A stretch of 60,743 bases of DNA, filler included, from Sphacelaria rigidula (Eukaryota): NCBI GenBank assembly GCA_964200075.2. It is 4 parts of 4 records of this genome, joined end to end, with 100 filler letters (N's around TTAATTAATTAA, not from the genome) between each part and the next. Parts side by side here need not be neighbours in the genome. Positions count along the whole stretch, not along the records: positions 30,429 to 45,539 come from CAXNAA020001902.1; positions 45,640 to 60,743 come from CAXNAA020001903.1; 2 more parts are not named here. One strand, 5' to 3'. Each line of letters begins with the position of its first letter. Positions within the stretch are counted from its first letter, which is position 1. Below are positions 37,001-48,503 of the stretch, one piece after another. The notes beneath the pieces were generated by a model. It saw nothing but the letters and a program-made list of their open reading frames with translations, was not told the origin of the DNA and searched no databases. Made by a program: the position numbers and the translations under genes.

Positions 37001-40000
37001 TTTTCTTCAATACGTGATGGGACCCGAGGGAAGAGCAATTTCTCAGCTTTCGACAGCCGTTTTGAGGGCTAGTTCCAACATCAGAATCCATTTGTACCTG
37101 TCGGATTATACAGAACCAGAATTCTGCAGGCACTAAGTGACAGCGAATTGCTCAGGCCTTTTTCGGCTGCGCTCCTTGAAAACCAACTTATCTCAGACGA
37201 GACTCTTTTGATCAACGCTGGACGGCGTGGGCCACAAATGAAACGGCCAGTAGTTCATATGTTACGAGAACGCCCTCGTTCTCAGTAGAACCATATATTG
37301 CGTCAGGGAAAAGCTTGTGATGGCCTCCGCAGAGTCGAAAATTTGAAGACACGACGCATCACAATGTTGGGCGGGAAATGGGGGGAATCGCATGGATTTG
37401 TTTTCAGTACCCCCCCGCCCCCAATGTGTCCAAACGTGGTACAAAGTTGTTGAACAACTTGCACAAGGTTGGTCGCGAGTGGGTTTGAAGGGATCGCAAG
37501 CTGGTTTAGACGAGATCGGCCCGTGCCCTTACGGTTCACATTTGATCGATGCCCGGATATCGATACCGCCCTCCCTACGGGAACCGGCCCCTTATCGAGC
37601 GTAAAGCTTGCACATAGTGCTGCTACTGCATATCCTACGACAAAAAACGAATTCCTCATCCTTTTTCTCTTTACACGGGCTCCCCGATACCGCCCTCCCT
37701 ACGGGAACCGGCCCCTTATCGAGCGTAAAGCTTGCACATAGTGCTGCTACTGCATATCCTACGACAAAAAACGAATTCCTCATCCTTTTTCTCTTTACAC
37801 GGGCTCCCGACCCATGCCCGCGAGACCCGTGCTAGAATTAAAAATATGATCTCACACCTCCCCCAGTGCACCCTCAATCCTCTTCCAGATAATCTTCACG
37901 TAGACGCCGTGTCGAGCTCGAAGTTTGACTCTCATCTACCGAGCTAACTTTTCCAAACAAATTGCGAACATGAATAAATGAAGTATACTCACGTTTCACT
38001 CGTTTTTGGCGAAACGTGACTGAAACGTTATTTGTTCTCCAACTGCCCATGCAAGCATCGCGATAGCCCACGGGTAGTTGATGCTTTGTTCGCGACGAAA
38101 CAGACGCTGATCCCCATCAGAGAGCGACTGCTGCAGATCCTTGGCGTTTACCACCGGGGCTCATCATCAGGGCCATGTTGAAACACAGGTGTAACTTACC
38201 CGTAGATGCAGACCGGTGCAAGTCAACGTGGCTGGGGCGGGCAGAGGGCATGGAAACGCGCCTCAAACACACACAAGGACCAACACTTGTAATTCAGCTC
38301 GCACAACCTGCAACTCCAACCTCGTGTTGAGACGATGAAGTGCGGAACAGATAGTCTGTGTTTGCCGAAATAAAACAAGTGCCGCCGAGCCCGGTGGTCT
38401 AATGTTTCGACTGTCGCCATGAGGGTGAAAAGAACATGGGTTCGATTCCGGCCAGATGCGTTATATATTTTTTTCCCTTCGTCGAAAACATGAGGGCGTG
38501 GGTAGACAACAAGTAGTTGACAAGTCTGCGTGACGAGAGATGACGCGCCGGGGGAGTGCTGACCCAGGGCGCGGTATCAAAATGAAATGAGTGTAACGGG
38601 GTTAGATGGGTTATTCCCTTGAGACCACAGACTCATCCCGAGGAAGGGCAGGGGTTCAGAGTGTGCCAAACAAAAAGAAGATCCTGCTCAACATACCGTG
38701 ACCATTCGTTGGACTCACCTGGCATTGCGCAGTCTCTTTGTCCAGCTGGCCAATTGAGGCTAATACTCGCTCAAACTCGGCTGTCGACACCGGCTGAGGG
38801 AACACCATCTCCTCTGCGGGGGGCTCCACGGAAACCATATAGCTACCCTTGTCCGTTTTGAGCTCGAAACGAACCTGTTGGAAGACGTGGGACCTTGGAG
38901 CATGAGGATTGCTGTGGTGAAAAAACACGGCTTACTCTCAACACGTGACGTGCGACACAGGAAGAGTGAGGCATAAAGCATCAAAAGTGAACACCTACGC
39001 TTCACACGAAATTACAACCACAGCGATGTTTTCCCTCGCAACGTGTGTGCCGTCATGTCGGTCGATTTCGGGAACGGCGCACATACAAGGTTCACATGTA
39101 GTAGCATACGTGTCACGCTGTTGCGGGAACCTTGCTCCTGCCCAACGTCCGTGCACTGTCCAATCCACACGTCATTCCGCACGAGCGACAGAAAGCATGA
39201 AACCGTATCAAACTCACGTGTACACACATATTCCCTGTCGAGCTCTTGAACGCGTTATTGGCAGCACAAGACGTTACTACAAAAAAGTGAACTTGAAATT
39301 TGGGGAAACGTGTCATACCAGAACTGGTCCGATGAGAACCAACGGTTGAAACCACCTTCCCGCACCCGTCATGCCTGGCTGCCTTCGGCCAAAATTGAGA
39401 AGGCCGCTGTAATCGCGCAGCAGGAGGCATAAGTACCCACCTCCTTAGCTCTCCCGCCAAAGTCGATCCCCAGGTTAACATCGACCGTGGCCCCAACACC
39501 CAGCACCTGAACTTCCGGGAAGGTGTTCATCTTCGTTCCATCCCGAGGGGCTACCGCCCGGATTCGTCGGATCGGCGTATCGCGATGGTTGCTGAGCGTA
39601 AGCCGTAGAGTCAGCACGGTCGTCGGTCGGGAAATCAGGTCGGTCCTCCCTCTCGTATACCGGTAATCCACCTGGAGACCGCTGCTAGTCTGGTGGCGCA
39701 GCATCGTAGACGGGAAAGACACGCTCGTGTCTAGCTCCGGATCCACCGCAGAGTGCTGGCTCAGCGTACTCGACCCCGATCGCCCAAGCACCGTCGGCGG
39801 CGGCAAGGCCCCAGGTCCAGCCATCCCTGGTCTCACGGATCCCCCGCCACCGACACCAACGCCGCCTCCTCCACCCAATCCCATCAACCCAGCCGCGGGT
39901 CCCTGCACCCCCGCCATATTCAGCGACTTCAAGTTCAGTCCCTCTGTTCGGGATCCTGGTTGCGGGGAAGCATTGTCGTCCGTGTCTGCGACGCTCATTC

Positions 40001-43000
40001 GCTCCACGAGGCCGGTGAGATCTTGCGAATGCGGTGCGGGTGCGCTGGCGCCGTAAGTACCGGCGCCACTGCTCGTCGCCCCTGGGCCCATGATGAGTAG
40101 ACCAACGCCTTCTTCCCCCTGCGACGACGGACTACTGCTCTCGCTATCATAGCTGGATGATTCCTCGCTACTGCTCCTGCTCCGGCTGCCCACAGAGGAC
40201 TCGGACCCGTCGGATTCATCTCCAGACGCCGAACTCGACCCGGATGGTCCCGACCCATCACCATCTTCCTCTTTATCCGACCCTGACGCGGATCCCTCCG
40301 ATGACTCAGAACTGGACCCGGACCCGTCCTCATCCGACGACGAGGTGTCATACCCGTCTGAGTCTTCTGACTCGCTTCCCGAGCTGTACTCGGGACTGCT
40401 GCTTCCCGAGTAGAATTCCTCGTTACCGCCGCGCTTACTTTCGTAAGCGGTGAACGGGCCTCCCGATAGAACTCGGCGTTCCTCCTTGGGCGGTTCTCTG
40501 GTTGAGCTGTCGGGCTGCACGGCGACCCAGTCGGGCATCGGGAGGTAGCCGTTGATGGGGTGCCCTACGATCGCCGAAAGGGTGCCAAGCACAAGTTTTC
40601 TCGCCCGCGGCTTTGAGTCTCCGTTTTCGGTGGATGACGTGGGCGCCAATCTGCGCTTCAGCAGCACCTGCAGATCGCCGCAAGTGGTGTGCGGAAGGAC
40701 AAAAACAGTAGGCAAAACGCCTCGATTCGGCTGCACAGACGATCTCTCCCGTCGGAGCGAGAGTGACCCTAGGTGAGTGGGCGTGGTGGTATGGAATCGA
40801 CTTCTTGTCATGCGACAAAACGCAGCCATGTATAACTGCCTGCACCTCTTGTTTGAGAGTATGGGTGAGAAGATGCCAAGTTCCGACTTCCTCATGTTTC
40901 AGGAAAAAGAGAAGTGTCAACGCAGAATGTTCCCATTTCTCAACGTTGCAGGTTTCAATTTTCATCTACTAGGGTAGGCGACGGCGGAGCTCGGAGTCGA
41001 GGACCCACCAGAAAAAAGTGGTGGCGGCTGGAGGAAATCATTCCTTGTGGTTTCCACCACCTTCCTGCTACGGTGTACGGTACAGTACACAGAGGGTAGT
41101 CGGTTCCAGCTAGGTTTCTCCATGGCGAATTCAGCTAGAATTCGTCATGAGCGGTACGTTACCGTTGGCACCTTGCGGCCCCATCACAGCGGCCACGGGT
41201 TGGGGCAGGGGGGGTGCCGCTGTTGTTGCGGGACATCTTCATAAAATGATGTTCAGTGCTGAGCCTGTTCATACTTGTATGCCGTAATGCAGGGCGGTAT
41301 TTGTTCGGAGGTTAGGAAGAGAGAGATGTGCGAAAGGGTGCTCTTCACGAAAATGTTATCAGTCTTTCCCAACAAGTTTTCCGCAAGTGCCGACACGGTA
41401 AGCAAGATCAGAGTCGAGTGTTTACGGCTGAAAGCTGCTTAATATCAAGCCACTGGAAGGCCGTGAAGATGACGTGCCTATTTCTGCAGTAGCCTCACTT
41501 TCCAGGCCCACGGAGGCGGGAAGGGGAACAGAGGCGACACAGGTGTGACCATCTACACAATTAGGATGCTTGAAAGTACGACGCTCTCTAGTATGACCAT
41601 TTCGCTGTAGGCACCTTATCAGCTTTTCCGTTGAGCGCCAGTAGTGCTGCCTCATTCACCCCTTCATCGGCTGTGGCTAGCCCCAGCATTGCCGTCATGA
41701 AACGGGCACGGTCTCTGAGATCATGCGACAGGTCAAATCTCGCCATTTCCAGCACAAAAGATGCCAGAGATTGCACCTGTTTATCGTCCGGCTTACGCAA
41801 TGCCAGCTTGACAGCAAAGTTCAGCACCTGCATGTGGCGCGAAATGAGTATGGAGGGCGCACGGTCGGGACCTACACCACAGTCCTACAAGGCATGTGCG
41901 TTGGGTGACGATCCCACTGCCTGACAAGCGTGTTTAGCGCGATGTACCGGCTCTGCAGCAGAAGATCGGTTGTATTGAAAATTGAGGCAAAGTGGATAAT
42001 GACCAACAAAACCAACACCCCATTTTCTAGTGCTTTAGAACTTATGGTGCGTCAATTCACGGCACGAGGTGCTGGTCGAGATGTGTACTCACAGGCTTCT
42101 CGCCGATGCCGGAGGATGTGTATCTCCGTTGTCTGTATCGGAAATATTGCGAGAACAATACAGTCTCATTGTTCCGAGACAACTTCTCGAGTGTTTGGGA
42201 GCCCTTGAAACCGAATAGGTTACAGGTGCACACGTGCCTACATTGCAAAGGCTTCCGTGCACTTGATACATGGTTGGATGCATCGTGCGTCGAACCACCG
42301 CAGACAAAGACAAACAGAACATGCCTCAGAAAAGAAGTGATTTCCGCCACTTGTATCGTGAAATATACCACCTTATGACGGCTCACAACTTCTGTCAACA
42401 CAACACGACCAACACCAACCAGCCTTCGACAAAACTCACCTGGATCTTAACCTCCTCTTCCAATTCCGGGAAAGCCTTCGCCAGCACGCGTAACACATCC
42501 GAAGCGATGTTAGAAATGTGTTCATGATACTCGGACAGCGTCCACACGATAGATGCCCTTGCCGCAGGCTTGGCAAGACTGGTCCTCACCCCCCCCGCCG
42601 CCGCCGGCCCTGTAGCCGCCGCGCCCTGGTCAAGCTCCCCTTGTCCCTGCCCGTCCTCAGCGAAGGATCGCAACAAGAGGACAGCCAGGCGACGCACGAC
42701 TGTCTCCGATCCTTTGAAACCGGGGTTTTGTTGGAGTAGCTGACGCAACACCACCACAGCCTCCGCGACCACTATGCTGGTCTTGCTGCATGTCACCAAC
42801 GTCAGCAAGCCCTGAGACAACGGGAAATAGTCAATAAGACCGAGTACGGTAAGTGCTACAGGGGGGAGTGTACTCATGATCTCGCATGCCGTCGTCATAA
42901 GACCATTGACCTTGCACTCCTAAAAAACCTGGACGCAGCACACCGGGTTTTCGCCGGACCAGGCTCGCAGTCAATCACCAAGCGCGAAGCACCGTGATAT

Positions 43001-44238
43001 GTTCGGCGAGTCGGTGAGTCGCATGAAGAGTGAGCTCCATCGTACCAAGATTGTTCGGCGGGTCGCATGAAGAATGACCTGCACCCCACCAAGATTGTTC
43101 GGCCTCAAGCGTACAAACTATCTTCCACACAGATGACAACCTCCAATACAATGCTTCAATTCCTGGTATGGCCACTTCCGGCGACAGCCACGGGTTAGTT
43201 ACACTGCCTAATAGCCGTCTCGCCATTTAGACGATACGTAGGGTTAGGGTTAGAGAAGGCGGAGGTTGGCTACGACTTAGTCTAATTTTCATCTGAGGAC
43301 CTCGCTTCTTATGGGCAACATGGGTTGCAAAGGGTTAGTGAACGACGTAGATATCATATGTGTACTGGTGCACGTCTCACTGTTTGAGAAGGATACTCGG
43401 TTTCAAGAGGAACATATAGTGGCAATCATCGCATGCGATCAAGGTGTCCATAAAAGAGAAAAAAGCAAGCGGCTACGAAGAGACGCGGAGGCAGGCTCTG
43501 TTACAACCTTCGATGGGGATGTTCAGAGTTGACAAGGTCCCCTGCAAAGACAGTTTGCATCTACTGATACTTGGCTGTTGGCCTATTCTGTTGTTGTTGT
43601 CTCACTTCCAGTGCCTTTACATCCTCGGGGCGATTGCGTGGCCTCAAGAGATCAACTAATCTGTCCTCCGGTACATCCCTTGAAATTTGGTATCGCGGAT
43701 AGGATCATGATCAAACACTCCCGTACCGCGTCGACTGTCGTCCAACAAATCATCAAAACAGACTGTTTTTGCTAGTCACGTCCTCGCGCTTCGAATGACG
43801 AAAATCACATGCTTTCTGAGAAAAAAAACAAGCTAGACGTATCTGACGGGCTTCGAACCCGTGTTTTCCCCATCATCACGGTATAAGTTGTACCATTAGA
43901 CCACCGCGGCGCGGTAGCATACAAGTTTTGAACCGGTAACGCATCGCCTGTGTATTTTTTTGCCCTCCCTCTTCTTCACCTGAAGGCATTGTTCGGCCAC
44001 CTCTGGCCGTGCGTCTGCCACGCGCCCCACCGCTCGCACAGCTGCGCACACGAAGCTCTTGTCTCGGTGCAGGACATACGTCTGCAGTTCCCCAAGGATT
44101 GTGGAGCAATTGTCCTTTGTCGCGAGCTGCGTGAGGACGTCAAGCTTGAGCGTGGAAGTGAACAAAGGGTCCGACGCCTTGACAAAGAACTCCTGGAGGA
44201 AGGGCCGGAACATTGACGGACTTTCCGAGGCCATGGTT
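34060..44238 (-). CDS. AP3B: AP-3 complex subunit beta (5'-partial)
   Basis: Exons 44238-43980, 42811-42440, 41827-41615, 40667-39441, 38874-38719, 34338-34060; GT-AG and in phase. Trunk motifs PSMFRPFLQEFFV...LKLDVL...ILGELQTYV, ARASIVWTLSEY, VKIQVLNFAVKL, ARFDLSHDLRDRARF, LGTLSAIVGH..GY.PMPDW. These are followed by the Ser/Glu/Asp-rich hinge and the ear domain (GLQVDYRY, NLGIDFGG). N-terminal exons were not found before the contig end. Confidence 0.92.
35721..35855. mobile_element. 135-bp hAT-like MITE in an AP3B intron
   Basis: Perfect 13-bp TIR CACACCCTGGACA/TGTCCAGGGTGTG. Flanks AGAAAATTG / AGAAATTG form a near-TSD. A solo end of the same TIR lies at ~4197-4210. Confidence 0.8.
37561..37808. 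repeat. Perfect 124-bp tandem duplication (intronic)
   Basis: 37561-37684 appears identical to 37685-37808. Confidence 0.95.
38381..38680 (+). mobile_element. tRNA-derived SINE, copy 3
   Basis: GCCGCCG start, A box TGGTCTAATGT, B box GGTTCGATTCC, body GGGAGTGCTGACC...CCCTTGAGACCAC, A-rich tail. Confidence 0.8.
42901..43050 (-). repeat. ~130-bp dispersed repeat, copy 2
   Basis: Reverse-complement homology to 31949-32086. Confidence 0.85.
43620..43918 (-). mobile_element. tRNA-derived SINE, copy 4
   Basis: Minus strand: A box TGGTCTAATGG, B box GGTTCGAAGCC, body CGGGAGTGTTTGA...ATCCGCGATACC...TCTTGAGGCCAC. Confidence 0.75.
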
Positions 44239-45229
44239 CTGCGCGAAGGAGAGCAAGCAAAGCAAGGCAAGGCAAGCTTAATGTTTTCGCCTGTTTTGTC
44301 ATCCTTTCAACCCCGTTCCCTCCCTCTCGGGAGAAGTTCGTGGTCCTGATAGAGGTACCCGAATCTCCGGCGTTGCATTTCCAGCTCAAGAACCCCCGTG
44401 ACCGGCCTTTATCAAATGATTTGATCGACTCTCGTCCCCACATTTCGCACGAAGTAAATCATAACAAACATTCTCCTGCCGCGATCGGCTCCCACAAAAA
44501 CCACTCAAACACGTGTGGAACGAAAAGGTTGATCACTGAGGTGCACGTATGTGAGTGCAGCTCAACAGAAAAACAGACAACCCCGAAACAAAAGTGGACA
44601 ACAGGGAGCTGAAAGGTTACGGGATACGCCGGCATTGACGAAAAACACAGAACACGCCACCGTTAAAAATTTTCCGCACATTCCTCGCTTCGAAGATACG
44701 CTCAGCAAAGGATCATTCTCGCCGACAGCAGAAAGCTGGAGGTAAAATCTTTACACTTGATTCCGGTATAACTTTAGAAATTTGGGCTCGCATCAAATGA
44801 AAGAGGCACATGCCCAACGACGCATCCTGCCGAACGGTGTGGAACCTTCGGGGGTGCCTCATGGTTTCTAATCGTTACACTACGCGAAGCAAAGGTAGTT
44901 ACCGAAGCGCAGCGGGCGTGTGCTGCGCGGACCGTTTTCAATGCCTCAGAAGTACCCAGAAACTTCATATTCCCGTAGTTCCGCTGCTGCTATAATAGCA
45001 CCAGGAATCACCAAATACGAAACCCGTTACAATGACAGTAAGATAAATCGAGACACCGATAGGTGAATATGGATGAGACCGAGGTGAGACTAGATTATAA
45101 CTGACCTTCGCGGTTATTTTTGCCGTATTCTTGCAGTCATTCTCCGTCTCCCGTTGAATGAATCTACCTCTCTCCGCATACGACTGAGACACTATCGTAA
45201 TTCGTTTATGTCGTACTTTTACGCCCGCG

Positions 45230-45340
45230 CCCCTTCATGCGACTCGCCCAACACACAACGGCACTTCGTGCTTGGGCCTGGTCCGGCGAAAACCTGGCGT
45301 GCGCCGTCTCGGCTTTGCAGGGACGCGAGGTTAATGGTCT
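45230..45340 (+). repeat. ~130-bp dispersed repeat, copy 3
   Basis: CTTCATGCGACTCGCC...CCTGGTCCGGCGAAAA...AATGGTC. Confidence 0.85.
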
Positions 45341-45346
45341 GATGAC

Positions 45347-45539
45347 TTCTTTTTTTTCTTTCCCTCACACTATGAACCCCTCCCCTTCCTCGAGATGAGT
45401 ACGTGGTCTCGAGGGATCGACCCACCTCTCCCCCGGTACGCACCTTTCATTTTGGTCTCGCGGATTAGGTCAGCACTCCCGCGCCGCGTCAACTCACGTC
45501 ACACAAACCCAGGCGACTACTTTGTTTACTCACGTTCTC
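45347..45539 (-). mobile_element. tRNA-derived SINE, copy 5 (5' part cut by the contig end)
   Basis: Minus strand: GGGAGTGCTGACC.AATCCGCGAGA...GGGTCGATCCCTCGAGACCAC...A-rich tail. Confidence 0.75.
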
Positions 45540-45639
45540 NNNNNNNNNNNNNNNNNNNNNNNNNNNNNNNNNNNNNNNNNNNNTTAATTAATTAANNNNN
45601 NNNNNNNNNNNNNNNNNNNNNNNNNNNNNNNNNNNNNNN
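45540..45639. other. Artificial contig-joining linker
   Basis: N44-TTAATTAATTAA-N44. Confidence 0.97.
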
Positions 45640-45675
45640 GACTACGAATTATGAAAACTTCTGACGCTGACTACT

Positions 45676-45733
45676 ATATACCGAAAGGTGTAGACTGGTG
45701 CCCAGAACAAATGGGATGACAAGACCCACACAC
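45676..45733 (-). repeat. Copy of the 30270-30328 repeat at a contig start
   Basis: TATACCGAAAGGTGTAGACTGGTGCCCAGAACAAATGGGATGACAA is the near reverse complement of ~30283-30328. Confidence 0.85.
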
Positions 45734-48503
45734 AGTTATTATATCAGTGAAATGCCTCAGCACATGAAAAAAAACTTCAAAATTTGGTGCTCTGGTATTT
45801 TTTCTTCACACCCTACGCATTGTCCACACCAAATTTTACACTCCAACTCTAAATAAATATTGGCCGGCGCACGGGGATGCAAACTTGAAATCCGCCTCTA
45901 GGGTGGCCCAGCTTGTAAGTTCTGGTGTTTTTTTCTTGACATCCCAGGAGATGTTGCGCGTATTGATGATACAACTGCGCTGCCGAAATTTCAGAGCCTA
46001 AACTCCTCCAATTTAGCCCCGCATCACCTGTACATCAACAAAAAAAACAGTCGGCCGGCCCAGCTCGTACTGGTCAATTAGCCAGCCCAATTGTCAGAAA
46101 TTGGGCTTTCTTATTCATCGAGACAGAAGAGATGATGTGGAGAAAATAAATATTAACTCTTATATATTTTGTATACCGCACTTGCGCGGACTGTGGTCAG
46201 CTTGGTGGACATTTGTGAGCTGACTTCAGAGAGTAGCTGGATTCCAGTTCATCCATGAGTCAGTTTCAATTAGCGCCCCTTTCTTTAGCGCGCGTTCCCA
46301 GCCGGCAGATTTGAGCTGAGACAAACATAGAGGGTCCTTGCTTGTGGCGCAAAATCGGAGTTACACACGTGAAGTTGGCGTCATGAAGGAGTTTTGCATC
46401 TGTACAAAAGGGCCCAAAGAAGACACAACGAACGGCTGTACAGTCATCGCGTGAATTTTTCAAGGTGGAATAGGAGCACTTTGTTCTCACCCCCAAATTG
46501 TGTCCAGACCGTAACACGGCAGCAATACAGCAACTTAGGCAATCTCCAGGGCATATCAAACCGGGTTCGGACGGTTCAGACGCACCACAGCTACAACTGT
46601 CACATAACAGACGTCATGGATGTTGACTCGAAGCGTCTTGTCTTCAATAAAAAAATACTGAACACACAACGACCCACACATGGTGACGTTTTCAAGAGAA
46701 GAGTGTTGACAGCATTGCGTCTGTCGCGACCGGAACACAACAGTGTACAGCAGTTCAGACAATCTCCAGCGCAGATCAAGTACCTTCGAAGAGTTCACCT
46801 GCACCACATTACAGCAGTGTCAACGACAGCACAGGAGTTGTGAGTCTACTGGGCACGAAGCGCCCGATTCGTTGCCGCATACACAAACATCCAACAAACA
46901 CATCGTGACTTTTTCAACTCGAGAAGACAGCACTGCTTGACTACAATCGAGCTACAATTATTTTGCAGAGAGCAGGGCATTACAGCAGTAAGTAACTCAG
47001 GCAATCCCAGAGAATACAAAATCGTCGTCGCGAGGTCTTACACATCAAAGGACAGTGACAGCGATAGCACATACGTGAAAGAGGGTGTGACGGGTGTGGT
47101 CAACATGTGTGTGTGGTTGTGACGCAGTTCAATAAAGCATGACTGCATGTCCCGTAGTTTAGTTCTTCGCCCAGTCTTGAACAGTGTCCAAAGTGGGGTG
47201 TGCCTATTAAAAATCGTCGCGGTGACTTTTGATCAAAATCGTCATTGATTTTGTTCCATAACAATCACAGGTGGTTTCTCACACTTCGTTCAAAATCGAG
47301 CGCGGTTTGGTGTTCATATGAGAATTAATGTGCGGCTGAACTATTCACTCGAGAACAAATAATCGAGGTCTACTCGGAGTATTTTTAATTTCAGCTGCTG
47401 CTCTATCTCCATGACAATAGGTGTGTCTGTGCAACACACAACCGGCAACGGCAGTGGGCCGCATCTCTTTAGTGCCACGTACGAATTTTATATCGCGATC
47501 ATCGGTTCAGTACTGATGTAAGTAGTGACTGAAGCGACACACAGTATATGCGACTCGCCTGATTTTGGGAGACTTTCCATCATGTAGGCCAAACTACTAG
47601 TATACTAAAATAATACTACGGTATACTGTTGTTGGATACGTCTCATGCAGGAGGTTCAAAAGTGAGGGAATTGAATCCAAGGGCACCTGTTTGCAAGTTG
47701 ATGGCGCTCGGAAATGAAGAATGCTATCCAGACGAACTCATGCGAAATGAGATGCTTGGAAACGGCGGATCCTCCTGATGATTTTCCCCAATCAACCGTG
47801 TTGCTGTTAGGACTGAGCATAACAACGGGGGTGTATTGTAGTGTGTCGCTGCTGACCACACACACGCACTAAAACAAAGTAAGTGAAAAAGTATCTAGAT
47901 GTCAGTATGACCATGTATGTACCGCAGTTCTCATCAGAAGTTGTCACCGATTCGAACAGGTTCGAACGCCGCCAGAAATTGATTTGTGACACGCTGTGTG
48001 CCACTGCTTGACCCTTGCTTCTCTGCGTGAAAGTTCCGTTGATTAGATCTAAGAAAAAAATGCTTCACTAAATGTAGTATAAAAACGTCAATGTTCGTCC
48101 GTTATGTTACGAAATAACCTTCAAAAGACTAAAGAGCTTGCAGCCTGGCTGAGCCCAGACCTGCCGACCATCACCTGTCTCTTATCACCACAGCCTACAC
48201 CTGCCTCCTCTCTTTGCCCTCGAGGAGTATCGACTATTTATTGCTGTCAGCGTGCCAGTGTCTAGAGAGCCAAACCATACACGCGCTGCTTACCATTCGC
48301 ATGCTGTGGAGGCGGGCGCTGCGGTAGTGGAGGTGGCAAACACATCGCCCAAAACTTAGTCTACGTCCGAGTGTTTGTTGGTTGGGGTGGGCCTGTCTTC
48401 ATCACGGTGAGGACGAACGGTTCGGCTGCCCACTTGCCCCGCCTAGCACGCAGAACGGCGCTCATTTCAGCGCCCCTAAACCGAGGGAGGGGGCGATCGT
48501 CTC

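Noticed and set aside
38381-38460. tRNA genes at the GGTTCGA B-box motifs (also ~8645, ~10646, ~43855)
   Set aside because: I could not build a cloverleaf, and each continues into a shared non-tRNA body, so these are SINE heads.
39369-40895. Stand-alone 508-aa Ser/Gly-rich protein
   Set aside because: It is one large AP3B exon (40667-39441) read through into the flanking introns.
43239-43253. Telomeric repeat TAGGGTTAGGGTTAG
   Set aside because: Only ~2 units, inside an intron; not a chromosome end.
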